In this document: positions 22,438-24,000 of the stretch, piece by piece | How positions within the stretch are numbered: position 1 is the first letter of the stretch | Layout of the letters: the number at the start of each line of letters is the position of its first letter | Assembly (NCBI RefSeq): GCF_900110275.1 | Contig: NZ_FODC01000001.1 | Location: 759,198 to 783,197, forward strand | DNA: 24,000 bases | Source of the DNA: Duganella sp. CF517 | Lineage (GTDB): Bacteria > Pseudomonadota > Gammaproteobacteria > Burkholderiales > Burkholderiaceae_D | Direction: 5' to 3' | Made by a program: the position numbers and the translations under genes | Notes under the pieces: model-generated | The model's database searches: none | What the model saw: the letters and a program-made list of their open reading frames with translations, nothing else | Told to the model about the DNA's origin: nothing

Positions 22438-24000
22438 ATGTCAACAGAAAAGTCAAAAATCATCTACACACTGACTGACGAGGCGCCGTTGCTGGCGACG
22501 TATTCCCTGCTACCGATTATCAAGAAGTTCACCGCGCCGGCCGGCGTCGACGTTGTCGCCAAAGATATTTCCGTCGCCTCCCGCGTGCTGGCCGAATTCC
22601 CGGAATTCCTGACCGACGCACAAAAAGTCCCGAACACGCTGGCCGAACTGGGCGCGCTGACGCTCAAGCCGGAAGCCAACATCATCAAACTGCCCAACAT
22701 CTCGGCCTCGGTGGCCCAGTTGCAGGCCGCCATCCGCGAACTGCAGGAAAAGGGCTACGCCCTGCCCGACTTCCCGGAAGACCCGAAAACCGACGAGGAA
22801 AAAGCCCTCAAGGCGCGCTACAGCAAGTGCACCGGCTCGGCCGTGAACCCGGTCCTGCGCGAAGGCAACTCCGACCGCCGCGCGCCGAAGGCCGTCAAGG
22901 AATACGCCCGCAAGCACCCGCACTCGATGGGCGAATGGAGCCAGGCTTCGCGCACCCACGTGTCGCACATGCACGGCGGCGACTTCTACCACGGTGAAAA
23001 GTCGATGACCCTCGACAAGGCCCGCAACGTCAAGATGGAACTGATCACCACCTCCGGCAAGGCCATCGTGCTCAAGCCGAAGGTCGCGCTGCAGGCCGGC
23101 GAGATCATCGACTCTATGTTCATGAGCAAGAAAGCGCTGCTGGACTTCTACGAGAAGGAAATCGACGACGCCTACAAGACCGGCGTGATGTTCTCGTTGC
23201 ACGTCAAGGCGACGATGATGAAGGTGTCGCACCCGATCGTGTTCGGCCACTGCGTGCGCATCTTCTACAAGGACGCGTTCGAGAAGCACGCCAAGCTGTT
23301 CGAGGAACTGGGCGTGAACGTCAACAACGGCATGGTCAACCTGTACGACAAGATCGAGAAGCTGCCGTCGTCGCAGAAGGAAGAGGTCATGAAGGACCTG
23401 CACGCCTGCCTGGAGCACCGTCCGAAGCTGGCCATGGTCGATTCGGCCAAGGGCATCACCAACTTCCATTCGCCCAACGACGTCATCGTCGACGCCTCGA
23501 TGCCGGCCATGATCCGCATCGGCGGCAAGATGTGGGGCGCCGACGGCCGCACCGCCGACGTCAAGGCGGTCATGCCGGAGTCGACCTTCGCCCGCATTTA
23601 CCAGGAGATGATCAACTTCTGCAAATGGCACGGCAACTTCGACCCGACCACCATGGGCACCGTGCCCAACGTCGGCCTGATGGCCCAGCAGGCCGAGGAA
23701 TACGGCTCGCACGACAAGACGTTTGAAGTGGCCGAAGGCGGCATCGCCAACATCACCGACCTCGACACCGGCGAAGTGCTGCTGAGCCAAACCGTCGAAG
23801 CGGGCGACATCTGGCGCATGTGCCAGGTCAAGGACGCGCCGATCCGCGACTGGGTCAAGCTGGCCGTCACCCGCGCGCGCCAGTCCGGCATGCCGGCCGT
23901 GTTCTGGCTCGACACCTACCGTCCGCACGAAGCCGAAGTGATCAAGAAGGTCCAGCTGTACCTGAAGGACCACGACACCAGCGGCCTGGACATCCACATC
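22438..24000 (+). CDS. icd: Monomeric NADP-dependent isocitrate dehydrogenase, N-terminal 521 codons (3' end outside the window)
   Basis: Frame open from ATG at 22438 to the window end, and absent from the track only because it has no stop. The translation [31 protein letters not shown]...[15 protein letters not shown]...[12 protein letters not shown] is the characteristic monomeric (about 740 aa) IDH N-terminus. Confidence 0.95.
   Translation, partial: MSTEKSKIIYTLTDEAPLLATYSLLPIIKKFTAPAGVDVVAKDISVASRVLAEFPEFLTDAQKVPNTLAELGALTLKPEANIIKLPNISASVAQLQAAIRELQEKGYALPDFPEDPKTDEEKALKARYSKCTGSAVNPVLREGNSDRRAPKAVKEYARKHPHSMGEWSQASRTHVSHMHGGDFYHGEKSMTLDKARNVKMELITTSGKAIVLKPKVALQAGEIIDSMFMSKKALLDFYEKEIDDAYKTGVMFSLHVKATMMKVSHPIVFGHCVRIFYKDAFEKHAKLFEELGVNVNNGMVNLYDKIEKLPSSQKEEVMKDLHACLEHRPKLAMVDSAKGITNFHSPNDVIVDASMPAMIRIGGKMWGADGRTADVKAVMPESTFARIYQEMINFCKWHGNFDPTTMGTVPNVGLMAQQAEEYGSHDKTFEVAEGGIANITDLDTGEVLLSQTVEAGDIWRMCQVKDAPIRDWVKLAVTRARQSGMPAVFWLDTYRPHEAEVIKKVQLYLKDHDTSGLDIHI

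Noticed and set aside
22510-23997. 495-aa minus-strand ORF in the supplied track
   Set aside because: It is antisense to an unmistakable monomeric isocitrate dehydrogenase reading frame (22438 to the window end). Its translation is low-complexity and rich in Arg, Ala, Gly, Val, Asp and His, as is typical of off-frame ORFs in high-GC DNA.
1-24000. Evidence that the Ter or curli regions are a mobile or genomic island
   Set aside because: No integrase, transposase, tRNA attachment site, flanking direct repeats or obvious compositional break is visible. Apart from short AT-rich intergenic spacers, the composition looks uniform by eye. A quantitative GC or k-mer scan would be needed to be sure.

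Overview
GC-rich (roughly two-thirds G+C by eye) chromosomal DNA, probably from a beta-proteobacterium (Oxalobacteraceae-like protein flavour; this is inference only). The window is densely coding, and I found no rRNA, tRNA, CRISPR array, transposase or integrase. Left to right it contains: (1) the 3' end of a chemosensory operon, with an MCP C-terminus followed by a protein made of three CheW domains. (2) A minus-strand Ter-type module. terD forms its own unit, followed by a translationally coupled six-gene operon: ATP-grasp, PRTase+TRSP, HAD phosphatase, PRTase+PELOTA-like (StiP-like), HpcH/CitE-like C-C lyase and a two-domain TerA-like protein. This is the 'nucleoside-like metabolite' neighbourhood predicted by comparative genomics, whose product is, as far as I know, still unknown. 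No TerB, TerC, TelA or TerY lies in the window. (3) Housekeeping and detoxification genes: a GT51-like transglycosylase, class III ADH (S-(hydroxymethyl)glutathione dehydrogenase), a DJ-1/AraC regulator and an EmrE-like SMR pump. (4) A unidirectional curli locus, csgE-csgF-csgG, a CsgB-like gene and three tandem oversized curlin paralogs. It is preceded by a perfect 3 x 14-bp tandem repeat whose unit carries a TGAA-N-TTCA palindrome. (5) An ornithine cyclodeaminase-family gene. (6) A coupled Crp/Fnr-like regulator, PAS hybrid histidine kinase and REC-PAS operon. (7) The 5' two-thirds of a monomeric NADP-isocitrate dehydrogenase gene. The most interesting items are the compact Ter-associated biosynthetic operon, the expanded curli locus and its repeat array. 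Many long ORFs in the supplied track are off-frame or antisense artefacts of high GC content and are rejected. All functional calls rest on my reading of motifs in the translations; no searches were run.
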